Positions 1-24,371 of a DNA stretch of 27,677 bases are shown piece by piece (positions within the stretch are counted from its first letter, which is position 1; each line of letters begins with the position of its first letter). Both the position numbers and the translations under genes were made by a program. Under the pieces are notes generated by a model. It did not search any database. It was not told where the DNA came from and saw only the letters and a list, made by a program, of their open reading frames with translations. Origin of the DNA: Eledone cirrhosa (taxonomy: Eukaryota); the NCBI GenBank assembly GCA_964016885.1, contig CAXHJY010000747.1, forward strand, positions 1-27,677, given 5' to 3'.

Positions 1-6494
<6,494 letters not shown>

Positions 6495-9400
6495 ATACAT
6501 TATGAAGAGAGAAGAAACATTTAGATATAATTAGTAATAAAATGTATCATACCTAAACTGCTCCTAAACTCCTCGACTACGTAGTTTCGTGGCATAAACA
6601 AAAACAATATATCAAAGATATAGAGTCCTTGCGAGGTCTGCCAACTTATCAAGAGGATACCTCATTTTACTAGTCTCAAGAACGCGTCTACACGACGTGA
6701 GAAAGAATCCCAAAAGGCGGAGGGGGAGATAGTCACGCGATATAACGGTCGAGAAACAGAGCTAAGCCTCTTATAACCACGAAGAAAATACCACGGAGGC
6801 GGAGGGGGTATTCATATCGAGGCCGTAGAAGAGGTAGTGAAGAAGGCGAGAAGTATGAGTAATGGAAGCTTTCCAGTTGTCCCCACACTTCAAAGATTGC
6901 TCGACCAGAGGGGGGTTATTAATATATTTAGAAACACACAGATACATGCGGACACACACATATATACATGAATGCATCCGCACCCAACTGTGAGTTAAGG
7001 GTGCCAACTTCACCGATGTTGCTCAATGAATGACTGGGACAGACCAATTCAGTTTGAACCAGACTGAACCAGTATCAGAGTTAAAAATACATTATGAAGA
7101 GAGAAGAAACATTTAGATATAATTAGTAATAAAATGTATCATACCTAAACTGCTCCTAAATTCCTCGACTACGTAGTTTCGTGGCATAAACAAAAACAAT
7201 ATATCAAAGATATAGAGTCCTTGCGAGGTCTGCCAACTTATCAAGAGGATACCTCATTTTACTAGTCTCAAGAACGCGTCTACACGACGTGAGAAAGAAT
7301 CCCAAAAGGCGGAGGGGGAGATAGTCACGCGATATAACGGTCGAGAAACAGAGCTAAGCCTCTTATAACCACGAAGAAAATACCACGGAGGCGGAGGGGG
7401 TATTCATATCGAGGCCGTAGAAGAGGTAGTGAAGAAGGCGAGAAGTATGAGTAATGGAAGCTTTCCAGTTGTCCCCACACTTCAAAGATTGCTCGACCAG
7501 AGGGAGTTATTAATATATTTAGAAACACACAGATACATGCGGACACACACATATATACATGAATGCATCCGCACCCAACTGTGAGTTAAGGGTGCCAACT
7601 TCACCGATGTTGCTCAATGAATGACTGGGACAGACCAATTCAGTTTGAACCAGACTGAACCAGTATCAGAGTTAAAAATACATTATGAAGAGAGAAGAAA
7701 CATTTAGATATAATTAGTAATAAAATGTATCATACCTAAACTGCTCCTAAATTCCTCGACTACGTAGTTTCGTGGCATAAACAAAAACAATATATCAAAG
7801 ATATAGAGTCCTTGCGAGGTCTGCCAACTTATCAAGAGGATACCTCATTTTACTAGTCTCAAGAACGCGTCTACACGACGTGAGAAAGAATCCCAAAAGG
7901 CGGAGGGGGAGATAGTCACGGGATATAACGGTCGAGAAACAGAGCTAAGCCTCTTATAACCACGAAGAAAATACCACGGAGGCGGAGGGGGTATTCATAT
8001 CGAGGCCGTAGAAGAGGTAGTGAAGAAGGCGAGAAGTATGAGTAATGGAAGCTTTCCAGTTGTCCCCACACTTCAAAGATTGCTCGACCAGAGGGAGTTA
8101 TTAATATATTTAGAAACACACAGATACATGCGGACACACACATATATACATGAATGCATCCGCACCCAACTGTGAGTTAAGGGTGCCAACTTCACCGATG
8201 TTGCTCAATGAATGACTGGGACAGACCAATTCAGTTTGAACCAGACTGAACCAGTATCAGAGTTAAAAATACATTATGAAGAGAGAAGAAACATTTAGAT
8301 ATAATTAGTAATAAAATGTATCATACCTAAACTGCTCCTAAATTCCTCGACTACGTAGTTTCGTGGCATAAACAAAAACAATATATCAAAGATATAGAGT
8401 CCTTGCGAGGTCTGCCAACTTATCAAGAGGATACCTCATTTTACTAGTCTCAAGAACGCGTCTACACGACGTGAGAAAGAATCCCAAAAGGCGGAGGGGG
8501 AGATAGTCACGCGATATAACGGTCGAGAAACAGAGCTAAGCCTCTTATAACCACGAAGAAAATACCACGGAGGCGGAGGGGGTATTCATATCGAGGCCGT
8601 AGAAGAGGTAGTGAAGAAGGCGAGAAGTATGAGTAATGGAAGCTTTCCAGTTGTCCCCACACTTCAAAGATTGCTCGACCAGAGGGAGTTATTAATATAT
8701 TTAGAAACACACAGATACATGCGGACACACACATATATACATGAATGCATCCGCACCCAACTGTGAGTTAAGGGTGCCAACTTCACCGATGTTGCTCAAT
8801 GAATGACTGGGACAGACCAATTCAGTTTGAACCAGACTGAACCAGTATCAGAGTTAAAAATACATTATGAAGAGAGAAGAAACATTTAGATATAATTAGT
8901 AATAAAATGTATCATACCTAAACTGCTCCTAAATTCCTCGACTACGTAGTTTCGTGGCATAAACAAAAACAATATATCAAAGATATAGAGTCCTTGCGAG
9001 GTCTGCCAACTTATCAAGAGGATACCTCATTTTACTAGTCTCAAGAACGCGTCTACACGACGTGAGAAAGAATCCCAAAAGGCGGAGGGGGAGATAGTCA
9101 CGCGATATAATGGTCGAGAAACAGAGCTAAGCCTCTTATAACCACGAAGAAAATACCACGGAGGCGGAGGGGGTATTCATATCGAGGCCGTAGAAGAGGT
9201 AGTGAAGAAGGCGAGAAGTATGAGTAATGGAAGCTTTCCAGTTGTCCCCACACTTCAAAGATTGCTCGACCAGAGGGAGTTATTAATATATTTAGAAACA
9301 CACAGATACATGCGGACACACACATATATACATGAATGCATCCGCACCCAACTGTGAGTTAAGGGTGCCAACTTCACCGATGTTGCTCAATGAATGACTG

Positions 9401-9730
9401 GGACAGACCAATTCAGTTTGAACCAGACTGAACCAGTATCAGAGTTAAAAATACATTATGAAGAGAGAAGAAACATTTAGATATAATTAGTAATAAAATG
9501 TATCATACCTAAACTGCTCCTAAATTCCTCGACTACGTAGTTTCGTGGCATAAACAAAAACAATATATCAAAGATATAGAGTCCTTGCGAGGTCTGCCAA
9601 CTTATCAAGAGGATACCTCATTTTACTAGTCTCAAGAACGCGTCTACACGACGTGAGAAAGAATCCCAAAAGGCGGAGGGGAGATAGTCACGCGATATAA
9701 CGGTCGAGAAACAGAGCTAAGCCTCTTATA
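6495..9730. repeat. Head-to-tail tandem array of a 591-bp unit, about 5.5 copies
   Basis: CATTATGAAGAGAG recurs at 6498, 7090, 7681, 8272, 8863 and 9454 (spacing 592, 591, 591, 591, 591). Few differences seen (6569 C/T, G-run near 6910, 7921, 9111, 1-nt deletion near 9680). The last copy stops at GCCTCTTATA and runs into (TA)n. Confidence 0.97.
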
Positions 9731-12583
<2,853 letters not shown>

Positions 12584-13130
12584 GAGTTCTTCATAAAAAA
12601 AACCCTATGTTTTAATGTATTAGTATTTATAAAACTTACACTATATTGTAAATATCAGTATTCCTGAATGAGACAAGTATCTATAATGTGTGAAAATTAA
12701 TTATCTTATGTTTAGTTTTAAAAAAAATTCATATGTTTATGTGACAGCTACAAACATCCATGCGAATCTAACTGATTCACTCTGCAAACTCTAAGTTCAC
12801 GGAAAACGTTCTCAACGTGGTATAAAAATTTGAGCATACAAATATGTGTATTATTATTCATGTCATTACTCTACCAGATTATCTATCAAGCAGAAGTAGA
12901 GAGCAGATTTCAATATACTAATAAAAATATATATCATAAACAAAACTAAAAATAAAAAATAAAAAATAAAAAGATAACAATAATAATAATAAGTAAAAAT
13001 ATAGAATAGAACACTAAAAAAATAAAAATATTACGAAAGAATATTACATAATAAAAATATTATATATTAAGCATACTACGTATTAAAAAATATTACGTAT
13101 TAAAAATTTACATATTAAAGATATTAAAAA

Positions 13131-13270
13131 TACAATAAAAATAAAAAATAAAAAATAAAAAATAAAAAATAAAAAATAAAAAATAAAAAATAAAAAATAA
13201 AAAATAAAAAATAAAAAATATTATAGAATACTACAATAATAAAAATAAAAATAAAAATAAAAATAAAAAT
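13131..13270. repeat. (AAAAAT)n / (AAAAAAT)n-type A-rich microsatellite
   Basis: Directly visible tandem repeats of TAAAAAA and TAAAAA. Confidence 0.9.
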
Positions 13271-13629
13271 ACACCACAAAGATCAACCCTTCAAAGTTAA
13301 TTGACAATATATTGCCAAGTTCTTTACAAGACAAAGCCAAAAATTATCCATCAAATCACATCTAGCAAAGATCATTTCAAAAAGATTATGATGTCCAATT
13401 AGGTCTATATATGTTCTTATATTTAATATAGAAGTTTATCTAGTGTAAGGTTTATTCAAAAATTTGGAGCATCAGCTTTTAGGGTAGCTTAATTTTTCAT
13501 GAGGAATGTTTAGATAAAAATAAAATAAAAATAAACAATAAAAAGAGAGTAAAAAGAAGGAATCAAAGATTTAGGAATCAAAAATTTATCGGCTAGTTTC
13601 CCATATAAATATAAATCAAACTAAATATA

Positions 13630-14400
13630 CTACATTTTAAATTTAAATTTATATTTAAACGTTGAGTTTAATCTATGTTTGCAACAACTGAATAAATTTG
13701 TCCGTAGGTTAAGGGAATTTTTAGATTTTAGTATAAAGAATATCTCCTCTGCGCAGAGGTCACATGTCTCAGAGGATGAATTAAAAGGAATCCCTCTTGA
13801 GACTATATTCCAAGCCGTCGAATATCTAACGTTATCTAGCTTAAGTTGCCAGAGTACGCCTGATAGTGCCGTTGAAGATTTTTTATTTGGATCTGTGAAA
13901 GAATTCTTGTTATTATAGCGAAGTTTAAATTCCGTCGATGTGGAACCGACGTAGTTAAAAGAATTAGAGTCAGTATTAACATTACAATTGTATACTATAT
14001 TTTTAACTAAGCAGTTGTTATTTAACGGACATTTAGATCTATCTCTACAGTTACATTTGTTAACTTGTATATTATTTATGCTATTATCAGTAGGTTTTAA
14101 GTTCCTATTATTTATTCTATTAATATTTGTGCTAAATTTTTGGTGGATGAGTAGGTTAATTTAATTGTATGCCTATTGAAAATTGAGTGATACCTATGTG
14201 TTCTAGGGAAGCGATTATCAAGAGCTTTGAAAAATAATTTAGCGATGTGGGTTTTAATGTTTAGTGAGAAAGGGGGGGCAAACCAAATTATGTTCCTAGT
14301 TCTATTTCTTTTTTGTCCTTTGGAATTATTGTAATGCTTTCTATTATAGTTGTTAATGTTGTTGCCGTAATTAAAAAAGTTGTTACTTTGTTTAGTTTGT
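13630..14400 (-). pseudogene. Frameshifted PLE linker + Cys motif + GIY-YIG endonuclease fragment
   Basis: Track ORF 14112-14438 (RNRTRNIIWFAPPFSLNIKTHIAKLFF...HSIFNRHTIKLTYSST) aligns with RNRNRRVTWYNAPFNLQIKDNIAKKFF...HQILNRSTVKFSYSTT of the intact ORF. After a frameshift near 14115-14125, manual translation continues KCNCRDRSKCPLNNNCLVKNIVYNC...YVGSTSTEFKLRYNNKNSF...TCDLCAEEIFFILKSKNSLNLRTNLFSCCKHR to TAG at 13632-13630. The upper boundary is approximate. Confidence 0.92.
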
Positions 14401-14759
14401 CTATCATTATCTATGTACACATTGATACATTTACTCAAAATGACCTCCCACTACCTAATTTTCTATATATATATATGTATCTATCTCTATTTCCTCCCTC
14501 TATATATATATATATATCTTTCTGTTTCTTTACATGAAGTTCTTCGCTTTATCTATCTTTCCATCTCTCTATTTTGTTCCATGCATTTCCTCTTTCTCTT
14601 CTTTTTCTTCCTTTTCTTCGTTTTCTGTCTTTCTTTCTGTTTTCTCTCTTTTTCTTTCTCTCTGTGTAAAATTTTTCACAGCCAGAGTAAACCTCTTCAA
14701 ATGAAGTCGGTGTTATAACGGTATGTCGAACCTATTTGTCTATAAAACTGTTTATATTG

Positions 14760-14825
14760 TATTTTGTCTGATGAAGGCATAGCATATTGTTAATATGATA
14801 TCCCCGAAATATATATAATGAAATA
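14760..14825 (+). ncRNA. Type I hammerhead ribozyme with palindromic stem III
   Basis: CTGATGA at 14768-14774; stem II GG..CATATT/AATATG..CC; GAAA at 14806-14809; stem III ATATATAT; AUA triplet with predicted cut after 14817; stem I TATTTTGT(14760-67)/ATGAAATA(14818-25) with two G-U pairs, extendable outward. Confidence 0.8.
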
Positions 14826-14867
14826 AATATGGTTTTATAAATATAGTTTTCCATTTATTTAATATTG

Positions 14868-19105
<4,238 letters not shown>

Positions 19106-19109
19106 GAGA

Positions 19110-19435
19110 ATGTGTTGGTATGTATATTTAATCTTGATAGTTTGTATAATTTTGTATAATTTTGTACATAGATCTGTTGAATATGCATGCCAATTCTAAC
19201 ACATATATATCCTAGAAACGATCGTTAAATAATGAACTTTTTTTGTTTAATATAAGGAACTGTTTCATTGTTTATTCATTATTTGTTTAATATTTTATCT
19301 TGACTCTGTATACCGTTTATCTTTCACCGAAAGTGATTTTTCATTACATCTCTTCTTTCCATGATATCCGGAATACATTGAGTTCTTCATACGGATTGGA
19401 CACTACCGTAAACTCTTGGTAGATTTATCTACATA
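19110..19435 (+). repeat. Upstream pLTR copy (326-bp direct repeat of 25833-26158), truncated inside the hammerhead
   Basis: ATGTGTTGGTATG...TTATCTACATA matches at offset 6723, with one mismatch seen (A19412/G26135). Lacks CTGAAGA and the 5' strand of stem I. Confidence 0.96.
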
Positions 19436-19585
19436 ATTTTGCTCCTATTTTCACGGAAATATTCGTATTTTTGTACTGTATGTGTGTATTAATTTTATAT
19501 TTATGTATATACATATATATGTATGATTTTATAAACCCATATACATTTAGTTGAGCTCTTTCAATTGTCCATCATCCATATCACA

Positions 19586-22027
19586 ATGGAAAAACAATAT
19601 TTGGGAACCTCTTTAAAAAACATACCAATACCTTCTAAGGATGACTTCTTACTCCTTATGATTCAAAAAACTAATAATTTTATCAGAAGGGTTAGATGGA
19701 GAGCCTACCACTTCGATAGAAAATCTAAACAAGCAGATCGGAAATATATGTATGATTTCAATACTTACAAGAATCCACCACACAACTTTTTACTTGAAGA
19801 CTTCGAGAAAGACCTTTTTAATTTAATTAAACACCTCAAATTTAAAAAGTATAAATCCGTCTTTCAAAAGGACCTTGATTCTACCCTATTGGACCTAAAA
19901 AAGTCTAAAAAAATCCATGTCCACTCGGACAAAACTGGTAACTTGTATCATATGGATATTGAACATTATAATGAGTTCATATATAAAGAACTCAGAAAAA
20001 ATTATAAAAAATCTAATAATGCGTCACTCACCAACATCAACAACAAAACACACAACATAGTAAAAAAACTAAACATTGAAGATAGAACTGAACCTTTGGC
20101 ATTGAAAAGACCACACTTCAACCTGAAGGATCATAAATCAAACTTTAACTCAAATCCTTCTATTAGACTTATATGTCCCTCCAAATCAGATATTGGAATA
20201 ATTAGCAAAAAAACTTTGGATAGAGTCATCCCACAAATAAGAAAACACGTTATTTTACCACTCTGGGAAAACACCTCCCAGGTAATTAACTGGTTTAAAA
20301 ATATTAGATGTAAATCTTCTGCTTCATTTCTACAATTTGATATAGATAATTACTATTCTTCTATATCACCTATACTCCTGAACAAAGCATTGATATTTGC
20401 TAAAAATAGATCTAACTTAACTTTGGATGACATTAATATTATTACACATGCTAGACTAACACTTATTGAATTTCAGAATGAATACTGGACCAGAAACACA
20501 TATAGTAATCTATTTGATATTACTATGGGTTCAAGCGATTCCGCCCAAATTACTGATCTTGTGGGCCTCTTTCTCCTTTTCAACATAAATGCCTCCTTTC
20601 CCCACCTCAAAGGTGGTTTATATCGTGATGACTGTCTTCTTCTTTCTAACAACCTTAGCCTTTCAGAAATTGAAAAAAACAAAAAACATATTAGAACTTT
20701 CCTTAAAGACTATTATAATCTTAATATTACTTTTGAAAAAACAAGTAAAGTAGTAAATTTCCTAGATATAACTTTAGATTTAGCTACGGGTATCTACCAA
20801 CCTTACCATAAACCAAACCAAAACTTACATTACATACACTCACAATCTAATCACCCTAAATCTATCCTTAAAAACCTTGCATATAATATATCACTTAGAA
20901 TTTCTAACCTTTCTTCTAACCAAGATGTATTTGATAAAAATGCGACCTTCTATAACGAAGCTCTAGATAGAAGTGGCCACAAAAATAGATTAGAATATAT
21001 ACCTTCTACTAAAAATACTGAAAGCATACAACCTAATATTACCAACAAACACCAAATGAAAAGTACACACCTAAATGCCACCCACACTATACCCCAAAAT
21101 ACCAAATCTTCTAATATAAAGTATAGTAACTCTCAAAAAACTACTCATCATACAACTCTAATAAATATTAATAATAAAACTCCTAATAAAAAGGATAAAA
21201 CACCTAAATCTACAAATATAACTAAAAATGGTTGTGGTGAGATCATTAACATTAATCCTCCTAGTAAAAATCACGATACAACCTATAAAAATAATAAAAA
21301 TAATAAACAACATAGAAACCGTAATAGACGGGTTACTTGGTATAATGCTCCATTTAATTTACAAATTAAGGATAATATTGCTAAAAAATTTTTTTATATC
21401 CTAGAGAAAAACTTCCCACCAAACCACAAATACCATCAAATCTTAAATAGGTCTACAGTTAAATTCTCATACTCTACAACAAATAACATAAAACAAAATA
21501 TAAGTGCCTATAATGCATATAAATGTAAGAAAACCATAAGTATACCACCAGTACATCAAATTAACCATAATATCTCCTCAAATACAGAATTAACGAAAGG
21601 TTGTAACTGTAGAAACAAAGCAAACTGCCCATTAAAAGGGAATTGTCTTGTTAACAACATAGTCTATAAATGTAATGTTAAAACTAAAGATTCTATTTGC
21701 TCATATATAGGAGCTACCTCTAACAATTTTAAGACAAGGTTTAATACCCACAAGCATAGTTTTAAAAATGCCGCACTGGCTAATACAACATCTCTAGCAG
21801 AAAAAATCAATAGTTATAAAAATAAGAATATAGAATATGATTTGACCTGGAGTGTGCTCAAAAGAGCCACCCCTTATCAAAATAATAGAAATGAATGTAG
21901 ATTATGTTCCCAAGAACTATTTGAAATAATGAAATCTAAGGATATCCTATTAAATAAACGACAGGAATTAATTATATCGTGTAATCATAAACTAAAAAAA
22001 ACATTTAAATATTATAAACCTAATTAA
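19586..22027 (+). CDS. Penelope-like reverse transcriptase + GIY-YIG endonuclease polyprotein (813 aa from first ATG)
   Basis: N-terminal SLKNIPIPS, RRVRWRA and SDKTGN; RT motifs LKDHK, IRLI, LQFDIDNYYSSI, TMGSSDS, YRDD, VNFLDI; thumb YIHSQSNHP; N/K/T-rich linker; CNCRNKANCPLKGNC; GIY-YIG as NIVY..SYIG with RFNTHK, CRLC..E and LN..E...C.H. The track start at 19565 is TTG; the first ATG is at 19586. Confidence 0.96.
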   Translation: MEKQYLGTSLKNIPIPSKDDFLLLMIQKTNNFIRRVRWRAYHFDRKSKQADRKYMYDFNTYKNPPHNFLLEDFEKDLFNLIKHLKFKKYKSVFQKDLDSTLLDLKKSKKIHVHSDKTGNLYHMDIEHYNEFIYKELRKNYKKSNNASLTNINNKTHNIVKKLNIEDRTEPLALKRPHFNLKDHKSNFNSNPSIRLICPSKSDIGIISKKTLDRVIPQIRKHVILPLWENTSQVINWFKNIRCKSSASFLQFDIDNYYSSISPILLNKALIFAKNRSNLTLDDINIITHARLTLIEFQNEYWTRNTYSNLFDITMGSSDSAQITDLVGLFLLFNINASFPHLKGGLYRDDCLLLSNNLSLSEIEKNKKHIRTFLKDYYNLNITFEKTSKVVNFLDITLDLATGIYQPYHKPNQNLHYIHSQSNHPKSILKNLAYNISLRISNLSSNQDVFDKNATFYNEALDRSGHKNRLEYIPSTKNTESIQPNITNKHQMKSTHLNATHTIPQNTKSSNIKYSNSQKTTHHTTLININNKTPNKKDKTPKSTNITKNGCGEIININPPSKNHDTTYKNNKNNKQHRNRNRRVTWYNAPFNLQIKDNIAKKFFYILEKNFPPNHKYHQILNRSTVKFSYSTTNNIKQNISAYNAYKCKKTISIPPVHQINHNISSNTELTKGCNCRNKANCPLKGNCLVNNIVYKCNVKTKDSICSYIGATSNNFKTRFNTHKHSFKNAALANTTSLAEKINSYKNKNIEYDLTWSVLKRATPYQNNRNECRLCSQELFEIMKSKDILLNKRQELIISCNHKLKKTFKYYKPN

Positions 22028-22930
22028 TAACATTATTTTAGAAATTAATTTAATTTAAATGTTAGTTAACCTATAAATTTAATTTAATTAAAATTCTATT
22101 ACAGATGAGAATATAAAATATTATGTAATCATAAATTGTGAAAAACCTTTAAATATTACTAATATATACTTAGTAATTTAATTTATAGATTAATTTTAAT
22201 TTATTTAAACCTTTTATTATAATTCTTTTACAGATAAAATATAACAAAATATCGTGTATCCAATGACAGAGAAATAATTTTTAGTATTATATACCTAATT
22301 AATATACATTTTAGAAATATATTTATAATTTGGTTTTAATTTTAGTCAACCTAAAAATTTAATTTAATTGGCTTAAAATTAGTATCCTTATACAGACGAA
22401 TTGCAGAATGTCATGTAATCATAGAATGGGATGTGTTTTGGATATATACCTAGTTAATATATTCTTTGCAATTTTTGAAAAAATATGTATATGTATATGT
22501 GTATGTGTATGTGTATGTGTGTGTATATGTGTATATATGTATATATATATGTATATATATGTATATATATATGTGTATGTATATGTATATGTATATGTAT
22601 TAATTTTGATTTCTATTTGCATATAATTATATTCTGCTATTGATAAAATACAATATCTGTTTTATTTATTATATACCTAATTAACATATACTATAGAAAT
22701 AAATATATAATTTTTAATTTAGTTAACCTATAATTTATATTCTACTACCGATGTAATACTTTATTTGTTTTTTCCCTATTACTAAATTCATTTCCTAATA
22801 TTGATACCATAACGTTATTAACTTTAATTTAGTTATACTATAATTAATACTCTACTACTATTTAACTTCAAAATTCTGCTTCAAATATTATAAACCTAAT
22901 TAATTTACACCTTAGAAATCAATATGTTAA
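21975..22930 (+). repeat. Degenerate repeats of the ORF end / proximal 3' UTR
   Basis: ATTATA(A/T)ACCTAATTAA at 22011, 22286, 22668 and 22887 (degenerate at about 22442); TGTAATCATA at 21980, 22124 and 22414; TTAGT(T/C)AACCTA recurs. Confidence 0.75.
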
Positions 22931-23266
22931 CTATCTTTAGTTTAGTTAACATATAATTAATGGTATACTTATTTATTTTGAAATGCATAAATTTTGCCTT
23001 ATTTCTTGTTTATTGTATTTCCTAACACTGAAACTATGTAAAAACATACATTGGATCCAGATACGGATAATATTCTATGTTTCTTGAAACATATATTTAC
23101 TATAATCCCCTTCTCCAACCCCCCCCCCCTTTCCCCCATACTATTATCATCTGTGTTTGTAAGCGTGTATGTATGAATATATATGTAGGTAGGTGTATAT
23201 ATGTTTGGGTATTTATATCTGAATATAAAAATACATATATGCGCATGCAAATAAGAATGTAAGATT

Positions 23267-23357
23267 GTGTGTGTATATATAAGTGTGTATGTATGTGTAT
23301 ATGTGTATATATGCATGTGTATATATATGTGTATGTGTATGTGTGTATGCGTATATA

Positions 23358-23396
<39 letters not shown>

Positions 23397-23647
23397 ATGT
23401 ATGTATGTATATGTGTGTGTGTATATATATGTATGTCTCTCTATTTATATGTCTATCTTCGTATCTATGTGGATATATGTGTGTGTGTGTGCATGTATAC
23501 ACATATATGTGTTTATGTGTATATGTGTGTATGTGTATATATGTGTGGTTGCACACACATATATATGAGAGTGTGTATATGTGTGTGTGTATATGTATGT
23601 GTATATATATATATATATATATATGTGTGTATATGTGTCTATATTCG

Positions 23648-23698
<51 letters not shown>

Positions 23699-24280
23699 TA
23701 TTTATTAATTATTATAATATAACTTATGTGTATGTTGTGTATATGTGAGGGTGTGTATATGTATATATATGTGTATATATATGTGTTAAAAAAAATATAT
23801 ATGTGCATGTCTGTTTTTTATGTGTGTGTATATATATATATGTGTATATATATGTATATGTGGGTGTTTGTATGTGTATTTATGGTTGTATGTGTGTGTG
23901 GGTATATATATATATAAGTGTATGTGTATATATATATATATATATATATGTGTATATATATCTCTATTAATGCGTGTATATATGTATATGTATATGCCTT
24001 TTTCTTTGTATGTCTGAGTTGGGTGAGGGTGTAGTGGTGTTTCTATGTATATACGCATATATGAATGCGTATGTATTTGTATATATGAGTATATGTAAGT
24101 GCGTATGTATGTATGAATATATATCTAATTCTATGTATGAGTATATATGTGTGTATGTATGTTGTGTCTGTATGTATGTATATGTCTATGTGTGTATATA
24201 TATATGTATGTATGTGTGTGTATGTATCTATGTATGTGTATGTATGTACATATATGTCTATGTATGTGTGTATGTATATG

Positions 24281-24371
<91 letters not shown>

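Larger units (their letters stand above)
12584..14867. mobile_element. Truncated and rearranged Penelope-like retroelement (second family) inserted in (TA)n
   Basis: Carries a - strand PLE C-terminal coding fragment homologous to the 19586-22027 ORF and a + strand hammerhead near its right end. No RT sequence seen. (TA)n on both sides. Confidence 0.8.

Noticed and set aside
6500-6552. Hammerhead-like TATGAAGA..GAAACATTT..AAATGTA in the 591-bp unit
   Set aside because: The core reads ATGAAGA, not CTGANGA, and there is no stem II or compatible stem I.
6545-6812. Twister ribozyme in the 591-bp unit (CCTAA, GTCTCAAG, GGAGGGGG)
   Set aside because: I could not build P2, P4 and both pseudoknots in the required register.
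6771-9325. 75-80 aa - strand ORFs repeated in the 591-bp array
   Set aside because: Non-ATG starts, no recognisable motif, frame differs in copy 1; recurrence only reflects the DNA repeat.
6495-9730. CRISPR array or tandem 5S/tRNA/snRNA genes
   Set aside because: No unique spacers, the unit is far too long for CRISPR, and I recognise no RNA-gene sequence.
12655-12712. CTGAATGA...GAAAATTAATTA as a hammerhead
   Set aside because: Extra base in the core, weak stem II and no stem I pairing.
13679-14718. + strand ORFs 13679-13918, 14313-14537, 14380-14718 (and - strand 20473-20682)
   Set aside because: Antisense shadows of PLE coding sequence or CT-rich low-complexity translations.
19586-22027. 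Selenoprotein-type recoding reported for some Naiad elements
   Set aside because: The ORF has no in-frame TGA, ends in TAA, and I saw no convincing SECIS.
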